From Thermodesulfobacteriota bacterium (GTDB lineage Bacteria > Desulfobacterota > WTBG01 > JAGOGO01): 32,000 nucleotides of DNA. The notes under the pieces are model-generated. The model had not been told where the DNA came from. It saw only the letters and a list, made by a program, of their open reading frames with translations, and made no database searches. Positions 1 to 7,758 of the stretch are shown here, piece by piece; position 1 is the stretch's first letter; the number at the start of each line of letters is the position of its first letter. The position numbers were made by a program, and so were the translations under genes. Location: the NCBI GenBank assembly GCA_026625185.1, contig CP113000.1, positions 2,952,651-2,984,650 on the forward strand, in the 5' to 3' direction.

Positions 1-2321
1 CCGGTAGCTAAGATTACCACGCCGTGAGCTATTTCCTCTTCTTTACCCGGCGTGCGAATCCGGGTTTTAAACTTACCAACAAAGCCGGACAACTCTTCTA
101 TCTCGGCTTCAGTAAAGATTTTAATCTTCGGGTGTCCTTTTACCTTATCGATAAGATTTTCAAGGAATGACTTTGGGTCCTGCCCGTCAAGGGTATAGAA
201 TATGTTCCGGAGATTCCCCCCCAGTTCTTTTTCTTTTTCAATCAAGTAAGCATCAAAACCCTGCTCCGCCAGCGAGAGGGCCGCAGTCATCCCCGATACA
301 CCCCCACCAATAATGAGAGCAGATTGGTTTATGTCCATCAGGATCTCATGGATTGGTTCTAACCGGGTGGCTCGAGCCACCGCCATCCTGACCAAGTCAT
401 TAGCTTTTTCTGTGGCTTGCTTCGGGTTAGCAGCATGTACCCAGGAACACTGGTCACGGATATTAGCCATCTCAAAGAGGTACTTGTTGAGTCCGGCTTC
501 CCGAAGAGTATCCTGAAAAAGTGGCTCATGTGTGCGCGGGGAGCAAGAAGCCACAACCACGCGGTTCAATTGATGTTCCTTGAGGGCATTGATGATCTTA
601 AGCTGAGTGTCCGTGGAGCACGTATAAAGATTCTCTTCAGCGTAAGCAACAAAGGGAAGGGTTTTAGCATAGTCGGCAACCGAAGGAACATCAACCACCC
701 GAGCAATGTTGGTCCCGCAGCGGCATACGAATACCCCCACTCGCGGCTCCTCTTTGCTAATGTCCCTCTCTTGCGGATAGGTTTTCTCCCGAACCAAGCT
801 TCCCCGCACCTCTGATAACAGCTCCCCGGCAAGAGCTGCAGCGCTGCTGGACCCCATCACGGTCTCCGGGATATCCATGGGCGCTTCATAAGCACCCGCT
901 ACGTAAATTCCCGGTCGGGAAGTCTGATTAGGGGTGAATGTCTGGGTTTGACAGAATCCAAACCGGTTAACGTTAATTCCGATCATTTTAGCCAGCTCAA
1001 CAATCTCAGGATGAGGAACCAGTCCTACGGATAGGACTACGATATCAAACTCTTCCTCTTTGATCTCTCCGTTGTCGAGCGTATACGTGAGAAGGAGGTT
1101 TCCGCTCTGCTGAAGTTCTTTTATCCCCGATATAATCCCTTTGACATAACGAACCCCATAATTATTTTTGGCCGACTCGTAATAAAATTCAAAACCTTTT
1201 CCAAATGCCCGAATATCATTGTAAAAAATACTTGCCTCCAGCCCCGGCACATGATCAACCGCCATAATGGCTTCCTTGGTGGCATACATACAGCATACGG
1301 AGGAACAGTATTCATTTCCGCACAAGCTATCCCTCGAACCAACACACTGGATCCAAGCTATTTTTTTCGGTTCCTTATGATCCGAGGGTCTGATCACATG
1401 ACTCTGGTAAGGACCAGAGGATGAGAGAACTCGTTCAAATTGGATACTGGTCAGTACATTTTTCATCCGACCATGACCATATTCGTCCTTCAGTTGAGGA
1501 TTAAACTTTTCAAATCCTGGAGTAAGAATAATAGCCCCTACATCTACTTCATATATTTCGTCTTCCTGTTTATATTTAATAGCTTTAGCCTCACAGAAGC
1601 TCTCACACGCTTTACATGCATAATTTAAAAAATGCATACATGTCGTGCGATCAATAACCGGAGTTTTTGGTACTGCCTGGGGAAATGGTGAATAGATAGA
1701 TGGCCGCGAAACCAATCCCTCATCAAAAACAGAACTAATAGGTAGTGGTTTATTTTTGGAAAATTTTTCAAGATTAATAGCCCCAGTAGGGCAAATCATC
1801 TCACATGCTCCACAGGTGACACATATAGAGGAGTGCTCTCCGAATGGTGGAGAGACTATCCGGCTGGAACCGCGGTTTATAAAATTGATTGCGCCCACCC
1901 CCATAAGTTCCTGGCATACACGTACGCAGAGCCCGCATAGTACACACTTCTCCTCGTTTGGCTGAAAACGCTCATATCTTGATCTATCTATTCCAATTTC
2001 TTCAGCCAATTCCTTTATCTTAGGAACATCAGGACAACGCAATAGAAGTAATTCTATAACAAGTTTTCTTGCCTTGATTACCCGGTCCGAATTAGTTTTT
2101 ACTTCAAGTCCTTCTTCAACAACATAGGAGCAAGATGCGGATAGACCCTTTCGTGGACCACCCACAATCTCAACTACACATAGCCTGCAAGCTCCTTGAG
2201 GAGATAATGCCTTATAATAACAAAGGGTTGGGATCTTAATACGCAGCTTTTCTGCTGCTTGTAAGATTGTTGTACCCTCTTCTACCTCAAGCTTTTTACC
2301 GTCAATTGTTATATTAACCAT
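1..2321 (-). CDS. Multidomain Fe-S flavoprotein, partial (3' end off window). A NuoG/HydA-N-type [2Fe-2S] plus ferredoxin-like module is fused to the C-terminal portion of an HdrA FAD domain, followed by a second HdrA-like unit.
   Basis: Not in the ORF track, because there is no stop inside the window. Manual reverse-complement translation from the ATG at 2321-2319 gives MVNITIDGKKLEVEEGTTILQAAEKLRIKIPTLCYYKALSPQGACRLCVV (2Fe-2S, NuoG N-terminus type), then CVLCGLCVRVC and CVTCGACEMICPTGA cluster motifs. HdrA hallmarks follow: SIYSPFPQAVP, WIQCVGSRDSLCGNEYCSSVCCMYATKEA, DIRAFGKGFE. Next come VGVFVCRCGTNIARVVD, VVVASCSPRTHEPLF and ANIRDQCSWVH (HdrA N-domain type), and a second Rossmann motif ALIIGGGVSGMTAALSLAEQG. 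The frame is in register (2321-1343 is a multiple of 3) and must stay open to position 1; otherwise the track would have listed it. Confidence 0.85.
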   Translation of the reverse strand, partial: MVNITIDGKKLEVEEGTTILQAAEKLRIKIPTLCYYKALSPQGACRLCVVEIVGGPRKGLSASCSYVVEEGLEVKTNSDRVIKARKLVIELLLLRCPDVPKIKELAEEIGIDRSRYERFQPNEEKCVLCGLCVRVCQELMGVGAINFINRGSSRIVSPPFGEHSSICVTCGACEMICPTGAINLEKFSKNKPLPISSVFDEGLVSRPSIYSPFPQAVPKTPVIDRTTCMHFLNYACKACESFCEAKAIKYKQEDEIYEVDVGAIILTPGFEKFNPQLKDEYGHGRMKNVLTSIQFERVLSSSGPYQSHVIRPSDHKEPKKIAWIQCVGSRDSLCGNEYCSSVCCMYATKEAIMAVDHVPGLEASIFYNDIRAFGKGFEFYYESAKNNYGVRYVKGIISGIKELQQSGNLLLTYTLDNGEIKEEEFDIVVLSVGLVPHPEIVELAKMIGINVNRFGFCQTQTFTPNQTSRPGIYVAGAYEAPMDIPETVMGSSSAAALAGELLSEVRGSLVREKTYPQERDISKEEPRVGVFVCRCGTNIARVVDVPSVADYAKTLPFVAYAEENLYTCSTDTQLKIINALKEHQLNRVVVASCSPRTHEPLFQDTLREAGLNKYLFEMANIRDQCSWVHAANPKQATEKANDLVRMAVARATRLEPIHEILMDINQSALIIGGGVSGMTAALSLAEQGFDAYLIEKEKELGGNLRNIFYTLDGQDPKSFLENLIDKVKGHPKIKIFTEAEIEELSGFVGKFKTRIRTPGKEEEIAHGVVILAT

Positions 2322-2356
2322 GCGTTTCAACCCCATTTTTACTGCCTCAAGCTCAT

Positions 2357-4267
2357 CTACTTAACCATGATAGCGTTGGCTGGACAAGCTTCCCTACAAA
2401 GTCCACAATGGATACATTCGGTATAAACTATTTTGTGCGGCCTTTTTTTATCACCAGTAACCGCATTGGCTGGACAGTTCTTAAGGCATAGGCCACAACC
2501 ATTGCATTCGTCAGGATTGATCCAATATTCAAACAACCCCTTGCATACACCCGCCGGACACCTCTTATTTTTGATATGTTCTTCATATTCTTCCCGGAAG
2601 TAGCGAATAGTAGTTAATACTGGGTTCGGAGCAGTTCCTCCTAAAGCACACAAAGCGGAATCGATAATGATTTTGCTCATATCTTCTAAAAGTTCGATGT
2701 CGCCTTCCTTTCCACGGCCTTCGGTAATATCCATAAGAACCTCGAACATCCTCTTGGTACCTTCCCGGCAGGGTGTACATTTTCCACAAGACTCGTCTTT
2801 GGTAAAGGCGAGAAAATATTTTGCAACATTGACCATACAGGCAGTTTCGTCCATCACCACCATACCGCCTGATCCCATAATGGAACCAACCTCAGCCAAT
2901 TTATCGTAGTCAACCGGCAAATCCATAAGTGAATTCGGTATGCAGCCTCCAGAAGGGCCACCTGTCTGCACCGCCTTCAATTTTCTTTTGCCGGGAACTC
3001 CCCCTCCGATATCAAAAACCAATTCATTGAGGGTCATGCCCATAGGAACCTCTATCAAACCAGTGGTCTTAACATTTCCTACCATAGAAAAGATCATGGT
3101 TCCCTTACTCTTTTCCGTTCCAATTTCTGAGAACCAATCCGCACCACGGCTAATGATCAGTGGAATATTTGCCCAGGTTTTTACGTTGTTAATATTAGTA
3201 GGCTTACCCCACAGCCCCATCTGGGCAGGGAAAGGCGGACGCGGTCTGGGCTCGCCGGTAGTCCCTTCTATGGAGGCTATCAAAGCTGTTTCTTCACCAC
3301 ATACAAATGCCCCGGATCCACGTTCTATGGAAATATCAAAGTCGAAGCCAGAGCCAAGAATATTATTCCCCAGAAGCCCAAATTCACACGCCTGGCTCAA
3401 TGCCAGGATGAGTTTCTCGATTGCAAGGGGGTATTCGGCACGAACGTATATAATTCCATGCTGGGCGCCAATTGCATAAGCCCCGATAATCATTCCTTCT
3501 ATTACGAGATGAGGATTGCCCTCAAGGATGCTTCTATCCATATATGCACCCGGATCGCCCTCATCAGCATTACATATCACATACTTGGGGTCTCCCTTTG
3601 CTTCTCGAGCGAAACTCCATTTCCGCCCCGTCGGGAATCCAGCCCCTCCTCTACCTCTGATACCCGATCTCACAACTTCGTCAATAACCTTGTCCGGAGA
3701 AAGTTCTCCGAGCGCCTTAAACAGACCAAGGTATCCACCTGATGCAAAGTATTCCTCAATCTTATCCGGGTCTATGATTCCGCAATTTTGGAGCACCCTT
3801 TTATGTTGTTTCCTAAAAAACGGAATATCTTGATAAAATTGAACCTTCTCAAGTTCTTGAGGGAGGCCGTTCAGTTTGTATTTGTAGGTGATGTTTTCAA
3901 TTAGGTTGGGTTCCTCTTCAATTTTGCAAAGGGTATATTTAGGAATTATTTTACCCTCAGCAAGGGCCGAAATAATCTCTCGAGCTTTCTGAGTATCAAT
4001 TTGCTGATAAACTATTTTGGGCCATCCGAATTTCAAGATGTTAACCAAAGGCTCTTTTTGACAGATACCCATGCACCCGGTGGGAGTCACAATTATATTC
4101 AATCCTCGAGAACTAACTTCGTTACGGATCGCCTCTATAACCTCATCAGCGCCCGAAGCTCTGCCGCATGTGGCCATACCAATGGTCACTTTGGTTTCTG
4201 GTGGATAAATTGATTTAAGACCTTTTTCTTTGGCCTCAGAGAAATCTTTTTTGGCAGTAAGATGCAT
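2357..4267 (-). CDS. NuoF/HydB-like NADH-binding FMN Fe-S flavoprotein, with an N-terminal thioredoxin-like [2Fe-2S] domain and a C-terminal 2x[4Fe-4S] ferredoxin domain.
   Basis: 636-aa ORF with an ATG start and GAGGGG RBS. GIRGRGGAGFPTGRKW and CNADEGDPGA are NuoF FMN/NADH motifs, and ESCGKCTPCREG is the NuoF 4Fe-4S motif. The N-terminus has ATCGRASGA...GCMGICQKEP. The C-terminus has CNGCGLCLKNCP and CIHCGLCREACP. Confidence 0.9.
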   Translation of the reverse strand: MHLTAKKDFSEAKEKGLKSIYPPETKVTIGMATCGRASGADEVIEAIRNEVSSRGLNIIVTPTGCMGICQKEPLVNILKFGWPKIVYQQIDTQKAREIISALAEGKIIPKYTLCKIEEEPNLIENITYKYKLNGLPQELEKVQFYQDIPFFRKQHKRVLQNCGIIDPDKIEEYFASGGYLGLFKALGELSPDKVIDEVVRSGIRGRGGAGFPTGRKWSFAREAKGDPKYVICNADEGDPGAYMDRSILEGNPHLVIEGMIIGAYAIGAQHGIIYVRAEYPLAIEKLILALSQACEFGLLGNNILGSGFDFDISIERGSGAFVCGEETALIASIEGTTGEPRPRPPFPAQMGLWGKPTNINNVKTWANIPLIISRGADWFSEIGTEKSKGTMIFSMVGNVKTTGLIEVPMGMTLNELVFDIGGGVPGKRKLKAVQTGGPSGGCIPNSLMDLPVDYDKLAEVGSIMGSGGMVVMDETACMVNVAKYFLAFTKDESCGKCTPCREGTKRMFEVLMDITEGRGKEGDIELLEDMSKIIIDSALCALGGTAPNPVLTTIRYFREEYEEHIKNKRCPAGVCKGLFEYWINPDECNGCGLCLKNCPANAVTGDKKRPHKIVYTECIHCGLCREACPANAIMVK

Positions 4268-4283
4268 ATCAGTTTTCCCCTCA

Positions 4284-5177
4284 TCAGTACTTCATTAGAA
4301 TATCCATAACGGTATTATGTTTTACTCGAGAATAGACCCGCTGGTCAACTTTAATTACCGGGCTGAGTGCGCAACACCCGATACAACGTACCATTTCCAA
4401 GCTAAATTTTTTATCCTCAGTTGTTTGGCTTGGCTTAATACCCAATTCGTCTTCTAATTTCTGTAATATCCTCTCTCCACCCCGGACATAGCAGGCCGTG
4501 CCTATACAAACACTAAGCATATGTCGTCCGCGAGGCTTTAAACTAAAAAAGGCATAAAAAGTGGCCACCCTAAGGATATGGGCCAGTGGAATAAAAAGCT
4601 TAAAAGATATGTAAGTAAGGATCGGAGGTGGCAAATAATTAAATCTTCTATTTATATCCTGGAGGACTTTAATTAAAGGGTTTTTGTTTTCTTTATATTG
4701 ATTTAAAATTTCATCAACAACTGTCTTCTCCTCTCCAGGCAGGACAGGTTCGGGCACCTTTATCGAATCAATATACGCCCGGTTTCTAACAAGACAATGA
4801 TTGGAACACTCGCCGCAACCTGTGCAAAGTGATTCGTCAACTGACCGGGCCCCCCTTTTGATTGAAACCCTAAAATTACCTTTTTCCCCTTTGACATCAG
4901 AGAGATCTGAATATGTAAGATTCTCAATATTGGGATGTTTTCCACATTCCACAAGCTTGGGAGAGATGGTGCACATAGAGCAGTCATTGGTGGGAAAGGT
5001 CTTATCTAGCTGTGCCATCACCCCCCCAATAGCTGGCATATGTTCTACCAGATACACTTTGAATCCCGCATTGGCCAAATCCAAAGAGGCCTGCATCCCT
5101 CCAATCCCGCCTCCCACAACCATTACCGCTCCAACTTTGTTTCCGTTGTCTTTATTTGTATTGGACTCGATTACCAT
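4284..5177 (-). CDS. Fusion protein: HdrA N-terminal FAD-binding fragment (about 135 aa) joined to a NuoE/HydC-like thioredoxin-fold [2Fe-2S] domain.
   Basis: 297-aa ORF with an ATG start and GAGGGAAA RBS. The N-terminal part reads VMVVGGGIGGMQASLDLANAGFKVYLVEHMPAIGGVMAQLDKTFPTNDCSMCTISPKLVE...CTGCGECSNHC (canonical HdrA N-terminal motifs). The C-terminal part reads VATFYAFFSLKPRGRHMLSVCIGTACYVRGG...RCIGCCALSPV (NuoE Cx4C...Cx3C pattern). Confidence 0.85.
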   Translation of the reverse strand: MVIESNTNKDNGNKVGAVMVVGGGIGGMQASLDLANAGFKVYLVEHMPAIGGVMAQLDKTFPTNDCSMCTISPKLVECGKHPNIENLTYSDLSDVKGEKGNFRVSIKRGARSVDESLCTGCGECSNHCLVRNRAYIDSIKVPEPVLPGEEKTVVDEILNQYKENKNPLIKVLQDINRRFNYLPPPILTYISFKLFIPLAHILRVATFYAFFSLKPRGRHMLSVCIGTACYVRGGERILQKLEDELGIKPSQTTEDKKFSLEMVRCIGCCALSPVIKVDQRVYSRVKHNTVMDILMKY

Positions 5178-5193
5178 TTTCCCTCGCTATAAT

Positions 5194-6057
5194 TCACAAA
5201 CGTAATAATCCCTTTTCTTCAAGTAACCCACGGGGGTTTACGATATGCCGACCCAACCAAGAATCAATCCCGGATAGACCCATAGCCAGGCCCAAAAGTT
5301 CCGTGAAATAATAAACCGGAAGGTTGTAATTTTGTTGAAACACTTGGGCGGCCTCCGCTTCCCGGGTGTCGAGGTTAGCTTGACATAAAGGGCAGGCAGT
5401 TACAATACAATCTGCCCCAGCCTCCACGGCCATCAGAAAGAGCCGGTTAACCAAACGCCGAACTATATCAATCCGGGTAAGAGCCAAGCTCCCGCCACAG
5501 CAATCGGTTTTGAAGGACCACGGAATGGATTGAGCTCCTAACACCTCCATGAGCCTATCCATATTTTGAGGGTTTTCCGGATTCTTCGCATCAGTCATCT
5601 TAGGTGGACGAACGCTGAGGCATCCATAGTAACACGCTACCCGAAGACCATTAAGGGGCTTGGTAATCTTGTCTCTGATCTTCTTTAATAGTTCAGGATC
5701 ACAAAGATAATCCAAAAGATAATTTATTTTAATCCCCCCGGAATAGGTAAAGCCGAGATCAGGCTGAGAACCAGTTCCCTTCAACTTTTTCTCGGCAATT
5801 TTTAAGCGGACAAAACAGGCCGGGCAAGGCGTCACCATTTCGGTAGCTCCGATTTTTTCAGCTAATGCCAAGTTCCGACCCGGGAGTCCTATTGCCAGTG
5901 CCTCATTGGTAGTATGGCCTGAGCTAGCGCCGCAGCAGCTCCAATCGTCCAGATCTTCCAGCTGGATGTCTAAAATTTGACTAACCTCCTGAATCGACTC
6001 CCCATATTCCCGTCCGGTTCCATGGAGAGCGCATCCCGGATAAAAGCAGACCTTCAC
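5194..6057 (-). CDS. hdrB: Heterodisulfide reductase subunit B-like protein (two CCG domains).
   Basis: 287-aa ORF with a GTG start and GAGGT RBS. It contains FYPGCALHG, WSCCGASSGH, YYGCL and DCCGGS plus CPLCQANLD, the typical HdrB cysteine-rich CCG repeats. Confidence 0.85.
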   Translation of the reverse strand: MKVCFYPGCALHGTGREYGESIQEVSQILDIQLEDLDDWSCCGASSGHTTNEALAIGLPGRNLALAEKIGATEMVTPCPACFVRLKIAEKKLKGTGSQPDLGFTYSGGIKINYLLDYLCDPELLKKIRDKITKPLNGLRVACYYGCLSVRPPKMTDAKNPENPQNMDRLMEVLGAQSIPWSFKTDCCGGSLALTRIDIVRRLVNRLFLMAVEAGADCIVTACPLCQANLDTREAEAAQVFQQNYNLPVYYFTELLGLAMGLSGIDSWLGRHIVNPRGLLEEKGLLRL

Positions 6058-6063
6058 CTTATG

Positions 6064-6753
6064 CTACCTCGATTTTGTTTTTTTAAAAATGTTCCTAACC
6101 TCTTTAACCCTTCGGATGGACTTAGGCAATAGAGGAAGCTTTCCCTTAGTCAACATGGCCCAGCCAAGTTTAAGATCATTCATCAGTTCCCCTTTAGCCA
6201 TCTTATCTTTAAAGTCTCCGCTTTTTAAAGCGTAGGTTTGAAGCATACCTAATTCATAAACCCGACCTCGCCTCCAAATTGAATCTAAAAAAACCTGATG
6301 AAAAATTGGAGCGTTACGCTCTTTGTTCACGGTTTTTTCTTGCACCGATAATTGCCGAAGAGTGTCCATTACATGGGCAATGTCAATGTCATTGGGACAT
6401 CGCGTAGTACAGGTCTGGCATGACGCGCAAACCCATGGGGTAGAGCTACCGAGAATTTCATCTCTGAGCCCCATTTTAATGGCATGCATCAACTGATTGG
6501 GAAGAAAGTCCATGGCGAAAGTGACCGGGCATCCATTGGAACACTTTCGGCACTGGTAACAGACAGAAACTTTTTCCCGGCTTAGGGATTCCACTTCCTT
6601 TAAAAAAAAAGGTTTGGGTTCAAACCAAGGTTTGTTTTCTGTCCGCAGTGGTTTGATTGCTAAACTATTGAACCCTCTGGATGAACTTTCATCTTCCGGT
6701 GGAAGATTCGTCTTTTGAGACTTTTCTTCCTCTAAGCTGGTTTGTTCAGACAT
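6064..6753 (-). CDS. hdrC: Heterodisulfide reductase subunit C-like protein (2x[4Fe-4S]) with an acidic N-terminal extension.
   Basis: Motifs CYQCRKCSNGCPV and CASCQTCTTRCPNDIDI. The track ORF starts at a TTG (6774). I prefer the ATG at 6753 (MSEQTS...), which has a GAGGA RBS 5 nt upstream. Confidence 0.8.
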   Translation of the reverse strand: MSEQTSLEEEKSQKTNLPPEDESSSRGFNSLAIKPLRTENKPWFEPKPFFLKEVESLSREKVSVCYQCRKCSNGCPVTFAMDFLPNQLMHAIKMGLRDEILGSSTPWVCASCQTCTTRCPNDIDIAHVMDTLRQLSVQEKTVNKERNAPIFHQVFLDSIWRRGRVYELGMLQTYALKSGDFKDKMAKGELMNDLKLGWAMLTKGKLPLLPKSIRRVKEVRNIFKKTKSR

Positions 6754-6841
6754 AAAAATCCTCGTCTCAGGCAAGAAACAATTCTTGTCTGTCTCTTGGG
6801 GAGAGGCTATTTAAAGGCTCGGTTTAAATTTTCCCGGAGGC

Positions 6842-7732
6842 TTAAACTTCAAGCCAGGAATGAGAGTAAAGATTTTTACCCATCAACACGCGAGCGGTTT
6901 TAGCATAGTGGAGTTCTTTTTCACTTAATGAAGCGAGTGAAACTTCTTCACCATCCATAATTCTCCAGACCAAATTGTAAATTTCAGGCAAGCCATCATT
7001 CGCTAATTGAGCAAGCTCACTATCAAAAGCATCAACGATGGCTGAATAAAGGGTCTCGTATCTGTTCAACATAATCATATAGGTCCGATTGAGGATTCCC
7101 CTTAAATGATCGGGCGTGCCATTGGAAATATTCGATAACCCCACCGTGGTCTTAGACCCCGGGGCGATATCAGCGATCATGCTCATAAATTCGGTACACG
7201 AAAGCACCTGATTGATTTCCACGCAAATCGGAGAGGCGATCGGATCAACGTAAATGTCTTCATTGACCACTCCCGCCTGATTGGCAGCATACACCAATTC
7301 CGTGGCCATCAAAGCTCTTTCATTGGTATCCCGCGGCATGCCTTCTTTTCCCCAGAGCAGTGCGATCATCTGGGCGTTATACTTGGTTACCATCGGCAAC
7401 ATGATCGCCATGCGTTCGGGCTGCAAGGAGATGGAATTGATGATTGGTCTCGCTTTGGTTACCGCCTTAAGACCCGCTTCCATGGCCACGGGATTGGTGG
7501 TATCTAAGGATAAAGGAAGATCTGATACTTCTTCAACCGTCTTGACCATCCATTCCATGAGCTGGTCACCCTCTTTTCGCGCTGGCCCTATATTGATGTC
7601 AAGAACTTGGGCTCCATTTTGCTGTTGTTTAATCGCCATCTCTTGAATCGGCTTGGGGTCACGACCCTTCATGGCGGGGCCTAAAGTTTTAGACATCACA
7701 TTAATGCTTTCGGCAATTCGCGTTATTTTCAT
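6842..7732 (-). CDS. acsE: Methyltetrahydrofolate:corrinoid/iron-sulfur protein methyltransferase (pterin-binding domain).
   Basis: 296-aa ORF with an ATG start and AGGAGG RBS. The pterin-binding fold sequence is INVMSKTLGPAM...AQVLDINIGPA...SLDTTNP...INSIS, and the gene sits next to acsC/acsB. Confidence 0.85.
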   Translation of the reverse strand: MKITRIAESINVMSKTLGPAMKGRDPKPIQEMAIKQQQNGAQVLDINIGPARKEGDQLMEWMVKTVEEVSDLPLSLDTTNPVAMEAGLKAVTKARPIINSISLQPERMAIMLPMVTKYNAQMIALLWGKEGMPRDTNERALMATELVYAANQAGVVNEDIYVDPIASPICVEINQVLSCTEFMSMIADIAPGSKTTVGLSNISNGTPDHLRGILNRTYMIMLNRYETLYSAIVDAFDSELAQLANDGLPEIYNLVWRIMDGEEVSLASLSEKELHYAKTARVLMGKNLYSHSWLEV

Positions 7733-7758
7733 GAACGATTCCTCCTTTTGTCCTTATT

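Noticed and set aside
313-1965. Seven short track ORFs (313-516+, 359-556-, 417-815+, 566-832-, 1121-1345-, 1440-1628+, 1756-1965+).
   Set aside because: All lie inside, and out of frame with or antisense to, the long untracked minus-strand ORF (1-2321). That ORF has unmistakable HdrA and Fe-S motifs. The short translations are low-complexity shadows without RBS support.
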